64,000 nt of DNA, taken from assembly GCA_964016885.1 (NCBI GenBank), contig OZ024751.1, positions 9,114,001 through 9,178,000 of the forward strand, in the 5' to 3' direction. Origin of the DNA: Eledone cirrhosa (Eukaryota). Positions 28,610 through 42,989 of this stretch are shown piece after piece. The notes beneath the pieces are model-generated. The model worked only from the letters and a program-made list of their open reading frames with translations, was not told where the DNA came from and did not search any database. The first letter of the stretch is position 1; each line of letters opens with the position of its first letter. A program made the position numbers and the translations under genes.

Positions 28610-31600
28610 ATATAAGAGATAACAAGTTATCGTTATAGGTAATCCAGTTAGAGTTTGTGAATACTCCGTATTGTGGATAGTTTTAGCTACGGCGTTGTTT
28701 GACTCAAGAAGAGGTTTCGTTAGGTATCGAGTATACAAGTTCTCGGAAGTTCCTATGTAAGTTAATCTTGGAGTAATAATAGTGAAAGGGTGACGAATAA
28801 CATGGTCAACAGTACAAAAAGTGTTTTATTTACAGTATTAACAATTGTTTCATTGGTTAAGTTGTCTTAAAATTGCTAATCACTTGAAGTTGTGTCACTC
28901 AATTTTAAATGCGGTGTATGCTTAACCCAATCATCGGAAAAACAACATCATTGATAAAGAAAGAAAAAGTAAAAGAAGAAAAAAGAAAAAGATAGAGAGC
29001 AAAAAAAAGAGAAAGAAAGAAAGAAAGAAGAAGAAGAAAAAAGAAGAAAGAAGAAAAAAAAATGAATAAAGTAAAAAGATAAAGAAAAAGTAAAATATAG
29101 AGAAAAAATAAAAGTATTCATAATAAATGAATAATAATAAATAATTTATAGCGAAGATGATTAAAAATAAATTAAAAAAATGTATGTGTGCCAAGAAAAT
29201 GAACATAATATGATTGTTGAAAATAATTGTGGCGTTGGTGGTTAAAATATAAATATATGATGGTATTGGTAGTTAAAATAGTTGTGGTGTTTGTAGCTAA
29301 AATCTAAAGATATGATGATATAAACATGAAAATATTAAATATATTCATATATGTATTATTCAAATTAATAAATTAATAAATTGGAAGTTATATTAGACGT
29401 GAAGATAATACGATAGGTTATAATGTAGGAGATGAAATATATTTAGGGAAAGAAATTAAAAGAGAGAAAATGAAAGAGAAAATATAATAGGTTATGATGT
29501 TGGTTCATTGACAGTTAATAACAATAATAACAACAATGATGATATTGGGTTATTATAATAGAATCAGGTGATATAATTTGAATTATGGAATTGTTGGGTC
29601 GAATCAAGTTGGTTTGAAGTTATCAAATTTATTTGCTGTTTTATTTCTACAGAAAATTGACCGTTCAATTTTGCTATTAAGCAGCATATTGTCATATTTT
29701 GAAATATGGAATAATTCCATATTACAAAGTCTACAGCGGGACATACCAATTTATTACGCCATTGCCCCTGATAATTTAGACCAGTTAATCCTGTATTCTT
29801 GATTTGTATCTTTGAGAAGCCAGATTTTATTGGCGAGCGTTTTTGTATTCATTAGTTTACGGTTATTTATAGAATGTCTGTGGACATACCAACGTTTTTT
29901 TAACTCCCCGCCGTAGAATCTATGTAGTGCCATGCTAAATTGACTGAATTTATAGTACATTGGTACACTATATTAGATTCAAGGCATCTATTTTGTAGTG
30001 GGAACTTATCCGGTGAGAAGCAGTTACATTTTGAGGCCTTCCTATGTGCCGGTTCAGCGATGCGGTTTTTTATATTGTTATGTATGTGCTGAGATTTGGG
30101 TTTGTTGATTTATTGTTGTCATGTGTTCTGATTTGTGTGTGGTTGTGATGTTGTTATGTGTATGTGTTTTGCATTTGGTGTTATGGTGCTTGTTTGGGGG
30201 CTATTTGTATTTATAGATTCTTTTATAGTTAATTTGATATATGTGTTTTTCTAAGATTGTTTGCAGTAGAGTAAGATAGTTTGATAGTATTTCTATTAAA
30301 GATTTATGGTATTTGTGAAGTTTAGGGAAGTGATTGTTAATTAATTTAAAGAATATAGAAGGTAGTTTGGTTTTTATAGAGGAGTTAAATATTGGATTGA
30401 ACCATAAGTATTTTCTATCTCTGGATCTTCTATAGTTCTTAGGGGTCCTTATATTAGTATTCAGTTCAATTATTTCTGGTGCTCATGGTCTATTTCTATG
30501 TTTAGTCTTATATTTGTTATTTCTATAGGTGTGGGTGGTGTTATTGCTGTTAAGTGTGTTGTTGTTGTATGTATCTGGTAGTGGTTTTTTTGTGGCCTGC
30601 CTTAAGTAAAGCTATGTTGTAGTAGTTAGCGTGTTCATTAAAAATCTCTAGGTCAGAAGATAAACGTGAAATTCTAAGGGATATACTATGTGTTATGGAG
30701 TTAATTATGGAGCGAGGGTGGTTTGAGTTATAATTAATGTAAGCTAGATTTTCGTTATTTTATTATGGAATGGCTATATTAGTCCTGTGTTTAGGTTGAG
30801 TGATACATCTAAGAAGTTAGCTTTTTCAGAGTTCAGTTCGAAAGTGATGTTTAGGCCTAATTTTTGAAAGAAGGTTCTAACCTTTTTACGTAATCTTTCC
30901 AAGTTTTGGTTATTTAAGTGTTTAGCTAAAAGTAATATATCGTCTCTATTAATTCCTCCCGGGAGATTACCAAATGTAAGATATGTGCTATATAAATTTC
31001 GACCTTGTCCGTTATTTGGGCTGAATCGTTAGATGCCATAGTGATATCAAAGTTATTTTGTCCATTTTTCTTTCCCAGTAACTATTATCGAACCTAATTA
31101 TCTTCTAGCAGCTGGTATTATTTTAATTTCATCCGATGATAGGTTCGTGTTTTTTTTTATGGAAAGGTTGGTGCCTTATTTAGGGTGACTGGGGAAATAG
31201 AGGAGTAGTAGTCATTGATGTCAAATTGTATGTAGTCGGAAGTTTCCCTATTGTCTAATTTGCTAAACCAATCTTTTGCCTCATTAGTGTTACCCCAAAG
31301 CTTAATTATTAGTTTGTCTTTAATTTGTGGTATTATTCTATCTAGTATATATTTGCTAATTCTACCTATATCCAATTTGATGGGCATATAAATCTAAAAG
31401 TAGGGTTAGTTTCGACGTTACATTTATCAGATAATTTGAGTATTTTTACTATTACTTTAAGTCCTTCCTAATTAATGCTATTAAGTATAGACTCTGTAGT
31501 TTTCTTGTATTTTTGTGTAATTCTCGGCATATAAAGTTATTGTATGTATTAAGGTTCTTGGTGTATACGTTTGTTGTTTTGTCTGCCTTTGCTATAATAC

Positions 31601-32203
31601 GATTGGTGTTACGTAATTGTTTTAGTAGTGCATTGATGTTATTTTGCAGTTTATTGTAATGCGTCCGTTTTTTTTAATTTGGTTCCGTTTATCATGTTCA
31701 TGTGTTCAAGTTCAAAGGCGTCAAGTTGGGGTTGGTCGGTGGATTTTTGCTGTACATGAACCCATATTTTTCACTGGTAAATTCATCATTACTATTACTA
31801 CCACTATTATTACTAGTATGTCCTTTATCGTAATGATATGCTTTCCATCAGATTCGACGGATAAAGTCATTAATTCTTTGTATCATAGCGAGTGTATATT
31901 CTCTGTTTGAGGTATAGGTATGTTTTTTAAGGACATGCCTATATGGTGACTTTCCATGTTATTGCCGTGCGATAAGGTTGTGGTTCAACCTAATGGGAGC
32001 TTGGTATAAGGGATAACAAGTTATCGTTATAAAATAGCTCTGGGAAAGAGATTTATCCGAGCCGTATATTATAATTGAATATAAAAGAGAGATAAACACA
32101 GTTTTATACATATATTTGTTCAAATCGTAAGGGACCAGATTCGCTAAGGTGAAAAAAACACTAACTATTGACAATATGGTTTGCCAGACTCAATTTAAGA
32201 ATC
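28610..32203 (-). mobile_element. Decayed Penelope-like element (RT + C-terminal GIY-YIG)
   Basis: Minus-strand remnants IGRISKYILDRI..WGNT..WF..QFDINDYYSSI, NFDITMASNDSAQITD, GINRDD, NFLDVSLN, YINYNSNHP, KCNC..PLQNRCL and KKRWYVHRHSI..TLANKIWLLK. Boundaries approximate. Confidence 0.85.
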
Positions 32204-32560
32204 TAAATATATATATATATATAAATATATATATATATAAATAAATATAATGAATTAGTTTTGCGAGGTTTTTTATATGAAATCGTGTGTCGAATCGTGT
32301 GTATAAATAAAGAAATAAAGAAATAAATACACAAGCAGAATAACAACAAACACATATAAACACACACTAGTAAACTAAGATAGAATACATCAACCAATAC
32401 AAAGTCATCCAAACAAGAACACACATTAAAAAAAAACACTATACACACACGCAAACGCATGCGCAGAGAAGACAAAAAAATTAAAAACAAATAAATAAAT
32501 AAACAGACTAAATGAAGATGGCGTAAGCATGCAATGCAACGGGAGGAAACATAATAGCAC

Positions 32561-32598
32561 CACTGACGATGTTGCAGATGTGCAACGAAAGAACTTTG
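32561..32598 (+). ncRNA. Hammerhead motif, relative of the 35359 motif
   Basis: CA-CUGACGA-U-GUUGCA-GAUG-UGCAAC-GAAAG-AA-CUU^UG. Confidence 0.55.
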
Positions 32599-32804
32599 AT
32601 AGACTATATATATGTATTTGTGTCTATATTGTATCTGTATTTTTGACCGTTGGTCAGTCAATGGCAACATTGAGGACTGAATGAATTAAATAAACCGATA
32701 TAAAAGACACAGAAGCGAAAACCAAGCAAACAGTGAGTGTGTTCTGTTATTAATTCTGGCAATATTATTATACAAATATATTTATATACATATACATATA
32801 TTTA

Positions 32805-33048
32805 TATTCTTAAATTGAGTCTGGCAAACCATATTGTCCATAGTTACTGTTTTTCTCACCTTAGCAAATCTGGTCCCTTACGATTTGAAAACATCTATGT
32901 ATAGAACTGTGTTTATCTCTCTTTTATATTCAATTATAATATACGGCTCGGAAAAATCTCTTTCCCAGAGCTATTTTATAATGATAACTTGTTATCCCTT
33001 ATACCAAGCTCCCACTAGGTTGAACAATAACCTTATCGCACGGCACTA
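32805..33048 (+). mobile_element. Inverted copy of the PLE 5' terminal segment (31959-32203)
   Basis: The near-identical 71-aa pseudo-ORFs on opposite strands reflect the DNA inverted repeat. Confidence 0.85.
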
Positions 33049-33156
33049 ATCTGTCTGCATATATTATGCAACAATGCACAATTGGCTTATGCGGCTTCAT
33101 CAGCGGGTATCGCCTGATCAATAACCAATCGATCGACAGAATATATAAATATATAC

Positions 33157-33307
<151 letters not shown>

Positions 33308-33866
33308 TATTTTTTTACATAAAAACAGGTAGAATTCCCAAAACTAATCAGATCAGAGCAAACATCACGGACGCTCTATCTCAAAATTATTTTTGAAAAG
33401 CATTAGAAATGCGCAACCAGTCCATTTATCATTTTCGGTACGCCCGGCCGACTAACTCACTCGATATGCAAATTTCGCTGCTCAACCGTTAATATGCATA
33501 GGGAAATTATATACTTTCAAAAGTTAAATCGACTGACAGGAAGGTATAGGGTGCGATGACAGCTAATAAGCTAGAAACTAGTTCATCGTTCCTTTGTCAG
33601 TGTTGAACAAAAGGGCAACGATGGTTGCCGAACACTGTTCGGCTTAATTCGGGCTGTTTGTTTACAAACAAACGAGCATTATAATAAATGTTCCGTAAAC
33701 CTATACGTACATATATATATATGTGTGCATGTATGTATGTATATATACATACTACTGTACGTCTGTATACATATATGTATGTACGTATACATACTTATAT
33801 TATTTATAAATACCTCTTTATCTATATGTATATTTATCTATCTATATATCTATATCTATCTATCTA

Positions 33867-33916
<50 letters not shown>

Positions 33917-34064
33917 CCTTGCTTTCTCAACCTCTGTATTAGCTTATTGCCTATTTTGTTGTTGACTTATTCATGCATGATTTGTTATTGGAGCTGTGAA
34001 AGCTAAACCACCCCCATGACTCGAACTAACAATCCCTTCTTCTAATATAGACCACTTAAATAAT

Positions 34065-34252
34065 TGTTTCTACTTTTGGCACAAGGCCAGCAATTACCCA
34101 GTACATTACTGGTACTTTATTTTATCGACCCCGTAAGGATGAAAGGCAAAGTTGACCTCGGCGGGATTTGAACTCAGAATGGCAAGGGCCGTAACTCTAT
34201 GCGGCAAAGCATGGTGTCCGACTCTCTACCGATACTACCAATCCACCGCCCT
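34065..34252 (-). mobile_element. Full-length tRNA-derived SINE with a 17-bp target-site duplication
   Basis: A box tggtagtatcgg, B box gagttcaaatcc. TSD tagaccacttaaataat at 34048-34064 and 34253-34269. Confidence 0.93.
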
Positions 34253-34649
34253 TAGACCACTTAAATAATGAATCCGCTTTACACCACATAAAAATTACCA
34301 TCCTCACTACAATGAAAATATTTTATCTGTCAGATAATAAATAAACCTTACGTTCAGCAAACCTACAGTAAAGTAAATGGTCCATTATTTCAAGCCCCAG
34401 GTTATCTCTACACTATATATAATATACCCCATGACAGCTTTTACATGTCAATTTCATACATCTGTTTCGTATCAGCTCGTTTTACATGCTGAAGTCATCA
34501 GTATACTCTATTTCTTAATTAGATTGATGCTGTGATTATTTTAACTATTTACTATCTAGCTAATTTATTTGAGTATCGTTATTGTTATTCTGATGTAATG
34601 CCACTACTATATATAGAAGCCATGCCTGTGTATATGCTTCATTCTCGCA

Positions 34650-34757
34650 TGCTCTGATGAATAGACTGGTTATAACAAAGTATTGGTGATCGATTTACGC
34701 AAAAACAGGCGAGTAGCGATCTCTAGACCTACCAGTTCAGAGAAACAATTGTCAGCA
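34650..34757 (+). ncRNA. Hammerhead motif with an extended stem II
   Basis: UGCU-CUGAUGA..ACUGGU..ACCAGU..GAAAC-AAUU-GUC^AGCA, then AATAAA. The base of stem II pairs poorly. Confidence 0.55.
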
Positions 34758-35052
34758 ATGTGAATAAAGCCCTTATGTATAGCAAACCATGTCACTCTTC
34801 TTTCTTGATTTATTATTACTCCAAGTGTAAATTACGTAAAAATCACCGCGTACTCGCAGCATCACTATGGAAATGTCTTGTTGAGTCAAACTTAGCCAAG
34901 CGATAATACTATCCACTACTCGGAGTACCCTAACTGGACTACATCTAAGTGGACTACCTATAACAATAATGTGTTATCCCGTATATATATATATATTTCA
35001 TTTCTGAATTTGTTTAGCAAGATTCTTTATCTGAAAACGTGTGTTGAAACCG

Positions 35053-35654
<602 letters not shown>

Positions 35655-35967
35655 AATATATATGTATATATATATATATATATATATCCATATATATATG
35701 GATGCAGTAGACCATTTTTCACCAGAATTCTCGATACTTGTAGTAGCGTTGTAATATTCGTTTGCTAAGAAAAGGTCCATATTTTTCTTGGTGAGAGGAT
35801 GTGTTGAAGATTCTGCTATGTATATGTTTTGATCACATTTCACTCCATATATTTAGTATTTTGCTACTGAAATGTAAAAACTTTTTTTGGCCTAATACAT
35901 TTATATCATACAACAAAATTGCATTACTTCTTCATTTGTTGTTCGCGTTCATGTTGCTGCTGTTGTT

Positions 35968-37695
35968 AAACAAACAAAACATTACTGATTTAAATCATCT
36001 CTATTATGCAGCGGCTAAAGTCACCACTCACTTATGTGGAGTGAAGATGAAAAAACAAAGAAATTCCCACAATAAATCTACTTGGCAAGAGAACATCAAT
36101 CGCCAAATAAACCTTCTCCGATCTGACATAGAAATGTTAACAAACTATAAAGTAGGTGAACATGTTAAACAAACTAAACTTAGAAAATTGAAAAAAAAGT
36201 ACAGTATAAAATCAACATGTGACATAGACATGCTGATAGAAATAATCAAGCAAAAAGTGTCGGCCAAATCTGCTCGTATAAGGCGCTTTGAAAAACGATC
36301 TAGATTCTATAAGGACAATAATATGTTCAAAAACAACCAAAGAAACTTCTACAGAAAAATTGGTAAGTCAACAATAACTGCTAAATCAATACCACCCAAG
36401 GAGGAAGTGCAAGAATTCTGGGAAAAGATCTGGGCCGAAGAAAAAGTTCATAACATACATGCCCCATGGATAGACAGACAAATGAAAGATACAGCTCACC
36501 TTGAGGAACAAACATGGGAAAATATAACAGTTGAACAGTTGCGCTTGGCTCTAAGAAAAACCAGCAAATGGAAATCCCCAGGAAAAGACAAAATACAAAA
36601 CTTTTGGATAGATGCCTTCACAGAGTCTCATGGGCTGTTAGCCCAACTTTACAATGAAATAGTTAAGGAGCCAGAAAAGATACCTTGATGGCTAGTTAAC
36701 GGCATTACATTCCTGCTTCCGAAGAATGATGAGACAAACAATCCCAAAAATTACAGACCGATAACTTGCTTGACCACAATGTATAACATTTTAACATCAG
36801 TCCTAAATGAATACACATATGACCACCTGATAACAAATGACCTATTTCCCATTGAGCAGAAAGGGTGTAAACGAGGCTCATATGGCTGTAAGGATCAGCT
36901 TCTGGTTAACAAAATGATACAAGATCAGTGTCTGCCAACAAAAAATTACCAAGCCAACATAATAAAAAATGGGTGCAGCCCATTATGCCGTGTATGCAAA
37001 AAACAACCAGAGACCATTGACCATATCATTTCAATGTGCAGTCCTATAGCTCAAACCGAATACCTAAACAGGCATGACAGAGCTGCACAATACATACATT
37101 GGATAATGTGTAAGCATTTTGACCTACCCCATCAAAAGAATTGGTGGGAGCATCAACCACTTCCCATACTTGAAAAAGATCACATCTCAATCTTGTGGAA
37201 CTTTAGCATCCAAACAGACCGAAAAATAGATGCAACCAGACCTGATATAATATTGAAAGACTTTCAAAAGAGGGTATGCCTGCTAATTGATATGTCTGTT
37301 CCAATAGACAAGAATGTATCTATAAAAACATTTGAAAAATTGAGCAAGTATAAGGACCTGGAGATAGGAATTGGAAAATTGTGGAAATTGAGAACTAAAA
37401 CAATACCAGTGGTTGTAGGCGCTCTGGGAATGATACATAAGGAGGCTAATGATTACTTATCGCAAATCCCAGGAAACCCACGTATAGGAGAAATACAAAA
37501 GATAGTACTAATGGGAACTGCCCATATACTAAGGAAGATTCTGTCAATATAAGTACATCACAAGTCTAAACACTAAAGATGCATGTGTGAATATGTATGT
37601 TCTTTCTTGAACATGGCGGACCTTGTTGTCTCTTCAGGTCACTGGTTGTGACTTGGTGATAACTCGTATGAACATAAAGCAAGATAAATGCAACT

Positions 37696-37696
<1 letters not shown>
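35968..37696 (+). mobile_element. R4/Dong-like family B, 5'-truncated and internally deleted copy
   Basis: Matches 39711-40663 joined to 41936-42710. Ends in (TAA)n at 37697-37765. Confidence 0.92.
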
Positions 37697-37763
<67 letters not shown>

Positions 37764-37765
<2 letters not shown>

Positions 37766-40700
37766 GGGAAGAAGACGCACGAGGTGGTAGAAGGTCACGA
37801 AATCGCTCCCGTAAGTTTTTGATTTTTAACATATTTAAATCAATTGTGAAATAACAATTCTTAGTACAAATGTTGCATAAACCACCGAATGAAGTTCCAT
37901 AAAATTTCGGATCCATATTATATTGTTATAACGCTCAAATATCCAATTTTGTATTATATATTTTGTATTCAAAAAAAGAAAATGGTTATAAATGGAAGAA
38001 AACACCCTCTGTCTACACTATATATAACAGCCAAATAACAGCAATTTCACCAACACCAGAAACTTGATACACCACCTATCCCATCACACTAAATATAACA
38101 GCCAGATAACGGCAATTTCACCACCACCACCACCATCAATCCCGGCATGATAATAATAATTACTATTATTATTGTCTCAAATTTTAACAAAATGTTTAAT
38201 TCCAATTTTACGGGAATATGTCAACACAATATATATTAAACATACGAACACAAACTCATAGATACTACATATCACAAAACCCAGTAACGACAACGCCACC
38301 GCCGCCACCACCCCATCCATCATCTTGCTACCACTATCCCATCGCCGCCGCCACCACTCCTTCATTGCTGCCACCACTATTCCCCTGTTAACTTGAGAGA
38401 GAAAGGGGAAGGTGGCGGTATCACTAGACAAGGGAGAGGCTAGCAAAATATATAAATAGATTGACTTAGTGACCTGGCCACCGGCCAAACGTCAACATCA
38501 ACAACTATGGGACTGCTGGCTCACCCCTTCCTCACCAACAATATAAAAAGCCCCGGCACCACCACCGACATAGCCAACAACAATAACAGGCAACTACAGC
38601 AAAAAGTATATTATATTATTGTAATGCACTGGGTGATTGCTGGCCTTGTGCCTGGAGTGGAGACAATTATTAATAATTTCATTCTTAAGCCACGCAATGC
38701 TCACATTAAGGACCACTCATGATAATAACAATTTAAAAAAAACAACAAAAAGAAAACCCCGTGACCAAGAAATACCGGGATAGCGGCCGGCGAGGAATAA
38801 CCGTGTCTCTAGGGGAGAACGACCCCTCTAGTCTTGGTTGACACTCATTCTAGAAGTGGTAACACGAAATGATTACCCCTTGGCGGATAAGGATAAAACG
38901 CAACAAAATAAAGTAAATGTCCAATGATAAAATCTCATACCGGATCGGCCGTCACCCGGGTAAAAAAGGGCCGCGTCCCTCAGAGAGGAACCAGACTGGG
39001 GTCGAAAAATCAGCTAATGGTTCAAACCTTCCCATCACTTCGGAGCTGGAGACCTCCCATAACCGGAATACTCCTACTGTTGGCCCTCCATGCTCACCAC
39101 CAAGAAATCCAAAGAAAAAGAGAGAAAAATGGTCAAGGGAAGATAATAAAGAAGTCATTGAGGCTTTCTACACTGCCATGTACTACCCATCAAATACATC
39201 GAATACAGAACAGACATATATCAACTGGAAAAAGAAACATCCCGAAAACAGAGGCTATATTGACAGTAACAAACTAGCCAATATACGAAGAAATATTGTA
39301 AGAAAAAAGTTACTAACTGATATAGAAATTGATCAGATCAAGCTATTAGCACAAAGTCAGCGAAGGGAAAATGAAACATGTGTCAGTGAAAACGAGGTAA
39401 ACTGTAACACTTCGAACCCCAGGGTTGGGGCGGAATGACTGGCAACAGAAAAAATTAAAGAAAGGATCGAAAAAGTGGAGGGAGTGCATGCTCAGGATGA
39501 AACTCCAAATGGAAATAATGAGATCGTAAATGATAAAGAAATGAATGAGAATGAACTTGCCAACTTGAAGGATGAAATTATGATCGAATGGATGAAAATG
39601 AAAGAATCTGATATGGGGCAACGAGAGACCCTCCCTAAGATCCAGAACTCCAAACAGAACCAAAAGATAATACACAAGACTAACATAATTCTAAAAAACA
39701 TTATCATCACAAACAAACTAAACATTACTGATTTAAATCATCTCTATTATGCATCGGCTAAAGTCACCACTCACTTATGTGGAGTGAAGATGAAAAAACA
39801 AAGGAATTCCCACAAGAAATCTACTTGGCAAGAGAACATCAATCGCCAAATAAACCTTCTCCGATCTGACATAGAAATGTTAACAAACTATAAAGTAGGT
39901 GAACATGTTAAACAAACTAAACTTAGAAAATTGAAAAAAAAGTACAGTATAAAATCAACATGTGACATAGACATGCTGATAGAAATAATCAAGCAAAAAG
40001 TGTCGGCCAAAGCTGCTCGTATAAGGCACTTTGAAAAACGATCTAGATTCTATAAGGACAATAATATGTTCAAAAACAACTAAAGAAACTTCTACAGAAA
40101 ATTTGGTAAGTCAACAATAACTGCTAAATCAATACCACCCAAGGAGGAAGTGCAAGAATTCTGGGAAAAGATCTGGGCCGAAGAAAAAGTTCATAACATA
40201 CATTCCCCATGGATAGACAGACAAATGAAAGAAACAGCTCACCTTGAGGAACAAATATGGGAAAATATAACAGTTGAACAGTTGCGCTTGGCTCTAAGAA
40301 AAACCAGCAAATGGAAATCCCCAGGAAAAGACAAAATACAAAACTTTTGGATAAATGCCTTCACAGAGTCTCATGAGCTGTTAGCCCAACTTTACAATGA
40401 AATAGTTACGGAGCCAGAAAAGATACCATCATGGCTAGTTAACGGCATTACATTCCTGCTTCCGAAGAATGATGAGACAAACAATCCCAAAAATTACAGA
40501 CCGATAACTTGCTTGACCACAATGTATAACATTTTAACATCAGTCCTAACTGAATACACATATGACCACCTGATAACAAATGACCTATTTCCCATTGAGC
40601 ATAAAGGGTGTAAACGAGGCTCATATGGCTGTAAGGATCAGCTTCTGGTTAACAAAATGATACTGGAAGATTGTCATAATAGACACAAAAATCTATCGAT

Positions 40701-42710
40701 TGCTTGGATAGATTATAAAAAAGCATTCGATAGTTTGCCACACAGTTGGATTGAAAAATGTTTAGAGATTTTCAAAATATCCCCCGTTGTCAGGAGGTTT
40801 TTGTCATTCAGTATGAAGACATGGAAATCGACACTCCTTTTGAATAGTGAAACAAAATCACTGGAAGCTGGAGAAGTTAATATTAATTGTGGAATTTTTC
40901 AGGGTGACTCTTTATCACCGCTTTTATTCTGCATCGCACTTATACCATTAAGTAAAATGCTCAATGAAACAAAACATGGATATAGAGTCTATGACAAAAC
41001 CATTAATCACCTGTTCTATATGGATGACCTGAAACTATTTGCAAAAAATGATGAACAATTGCAAGGGCTATTATCCACTGTGGGGCAGTTCAGTGATGAC
41101 ATTAAAATGGAGTTTGGACTAGATAAATGCGCCAAAGCAACGTTCACCAGAGGAAAGCTGCTGAAGAGTTCAGACTTTAATCTTGATCGGGGGAACGTGA
41201 TAAGAGAACTTGATCAATAAAAAACTTACAAATATCTAGGTGTTTGTGAAGGAGACGGAATAAAGCACTCGACAATGAGGGAAAGGATAAGGAAGGAATG
41301 TTACCGCAGAGTAAGAGCAATCTTAAGAACGGAATTGAATGAAAGGAATAGGATCGATGCCATAAACACGCTTGCCATACCAGTAGTAACCTACAGTTAC
41401 AATGTCATCAACTGGTCAAGCACAGAGATCCGTAGGCTCGATACAAAAATTCGAAAATTCTTAACCATGCACAGAATGCATCACCCTAATGCAGATATAG
41501 ATAGAATATATCTCCCTAGGAAATAAGGAGGACGTGGGTTAATCCAGTTAGACATTGCGTTGAAAACTGCAACAATTGGATTATCTACATATCTAAGGGA
41601 ATCACATGATTGGATGATCAAACTCGTTTTGAAACACGAAAGCATCAAAAGATCATATTCCATTACAGAAGATGCACAAAGATACAGTAATGGACTACAA
41701 ATTTCAGAAGTCCCATTTACTGCTGAAATGGAAAACACAGAAAAAGCAAAGCAGGTAAAAGTAACTGCAAAGAAAGAACTGCTACAGAAACTGGCTAAGA
41801 AATGGCAAGAAAAGCCTCTGTATGGAAAATACCCAGAGCGAGCTAACAATCCTGATGTTGACAAAACTTTAACCCATCAGTGGTTGGCATCCTCTGGACT
41901 GAAATCGGAGACTGAAGGACTGATTATATCAGCACAAGTTCAGTGTCTGCCAACAAAAAATTACCAAGCCAACATAATAAAAAATGGATGCAGCCCATTA
42001 TGCGTGTATGCAAAAAACAACCAGAGACCATTGACCATATAATTTCAATGTGCAGTCCTATAGCTCCAACCGAATACCTAAACAGGCATGACAGATTTAC
42101 ACAATACATACATTGGATAATGTGTAAGCATTTTGACCTGCCCCATCAAAAGAATTGGTGGGAGCATCAACCACCTCCCATACTTGAAAAAGATCACATC
42201 TCAATCTTGTGGAACTTTAGCATCCAAACAGACCGAAAAATAGATGCAAATAGACCTGATATAATATTGAAGGACTTTAAAAAGAGGGTATGCCTGCTAA
42301 TTGATATGTCTGTTCCAATAGACAAGAATGTATCTATAAAAACATTTGAAAAATTGAGCAAGTATAAGGACCTGGAGATAGAAATTGGAAAAATGTGGAA
42401 ATTGAGAACTAAAACAATACCAGTGGTTGTAGGCGCTCTGGGAATGATACCTAAGGGGTCTAATGATTACTTATCGCAGATCCCAGGAAACCCGCGTATA
42501 GGAGAAATACAAAAGATAGTACTAATGGGAACTGCCCATATACTAAAGAAGATTCTGTCAATATAAGTACATCACAAGTCTAAACACTAAAGATGCATGT
42601 GTGAGTATGTATGTTCTTCCTTGAACATGGCGGACCTTGTTGTCTCTTGAGGTCACTGGTTGTGGCTTGGTGATAACTCGTATGAACATAAAGCAAGATA
42701 AATGTAACTG
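37764..42710 (+). mobile_element. R4/Dong-like family B, full-length inactivated copy
   Basis: ~1.15 kb 5' leader, ORF remnants at 38917-42566, 3' UTR, and (TAA)n on both sides. Confidence 0.92.
38917..42566 (+). pseudogene. RT + CCHC + restriction-like endonuclease ORF with several stops and a frameshift
   Basis: [59 protein letters not shown] and RPDII..IDMSVP..K..KY. Confidence 0.92.
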
Positions 42711-42989
42711 TAATAATAATAATGCTTTCTTTATTAACCATAAGGGTTTACAAAATGTAGACTTTAAGGGCAGTACAGGACAATACAGGACGGTAGAAAT
42801 GGGCATTTCTACGTGTAAAAAAACAAAAACAGAGGATGTAACAAAAAAATAACAATGAAAAATTCCCCAATAGGGGGGAGACTTACGAGGGACATTTGTG
42901 GAGAAAGCCCATTAAAAAACCACAGTGACCCTGACCACCAGGGCAAGTGCCCTCTCCCAATTTACCACCTTTAATTTACAGACACATAG

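Noticed and set aside
31959-33049. Pair of similar 71-aa ORFs as a small duplicated gene
   Set aside because: They are explained by the DNA inverted repeat at the PLE terminus and start at non-ATG codons.
34150-34252. tRNA gene
   Set aside because: The A and B boxes are too widely spaced, there is no cloverleaf, and it is part of a multi-copy SINE with a TSD.
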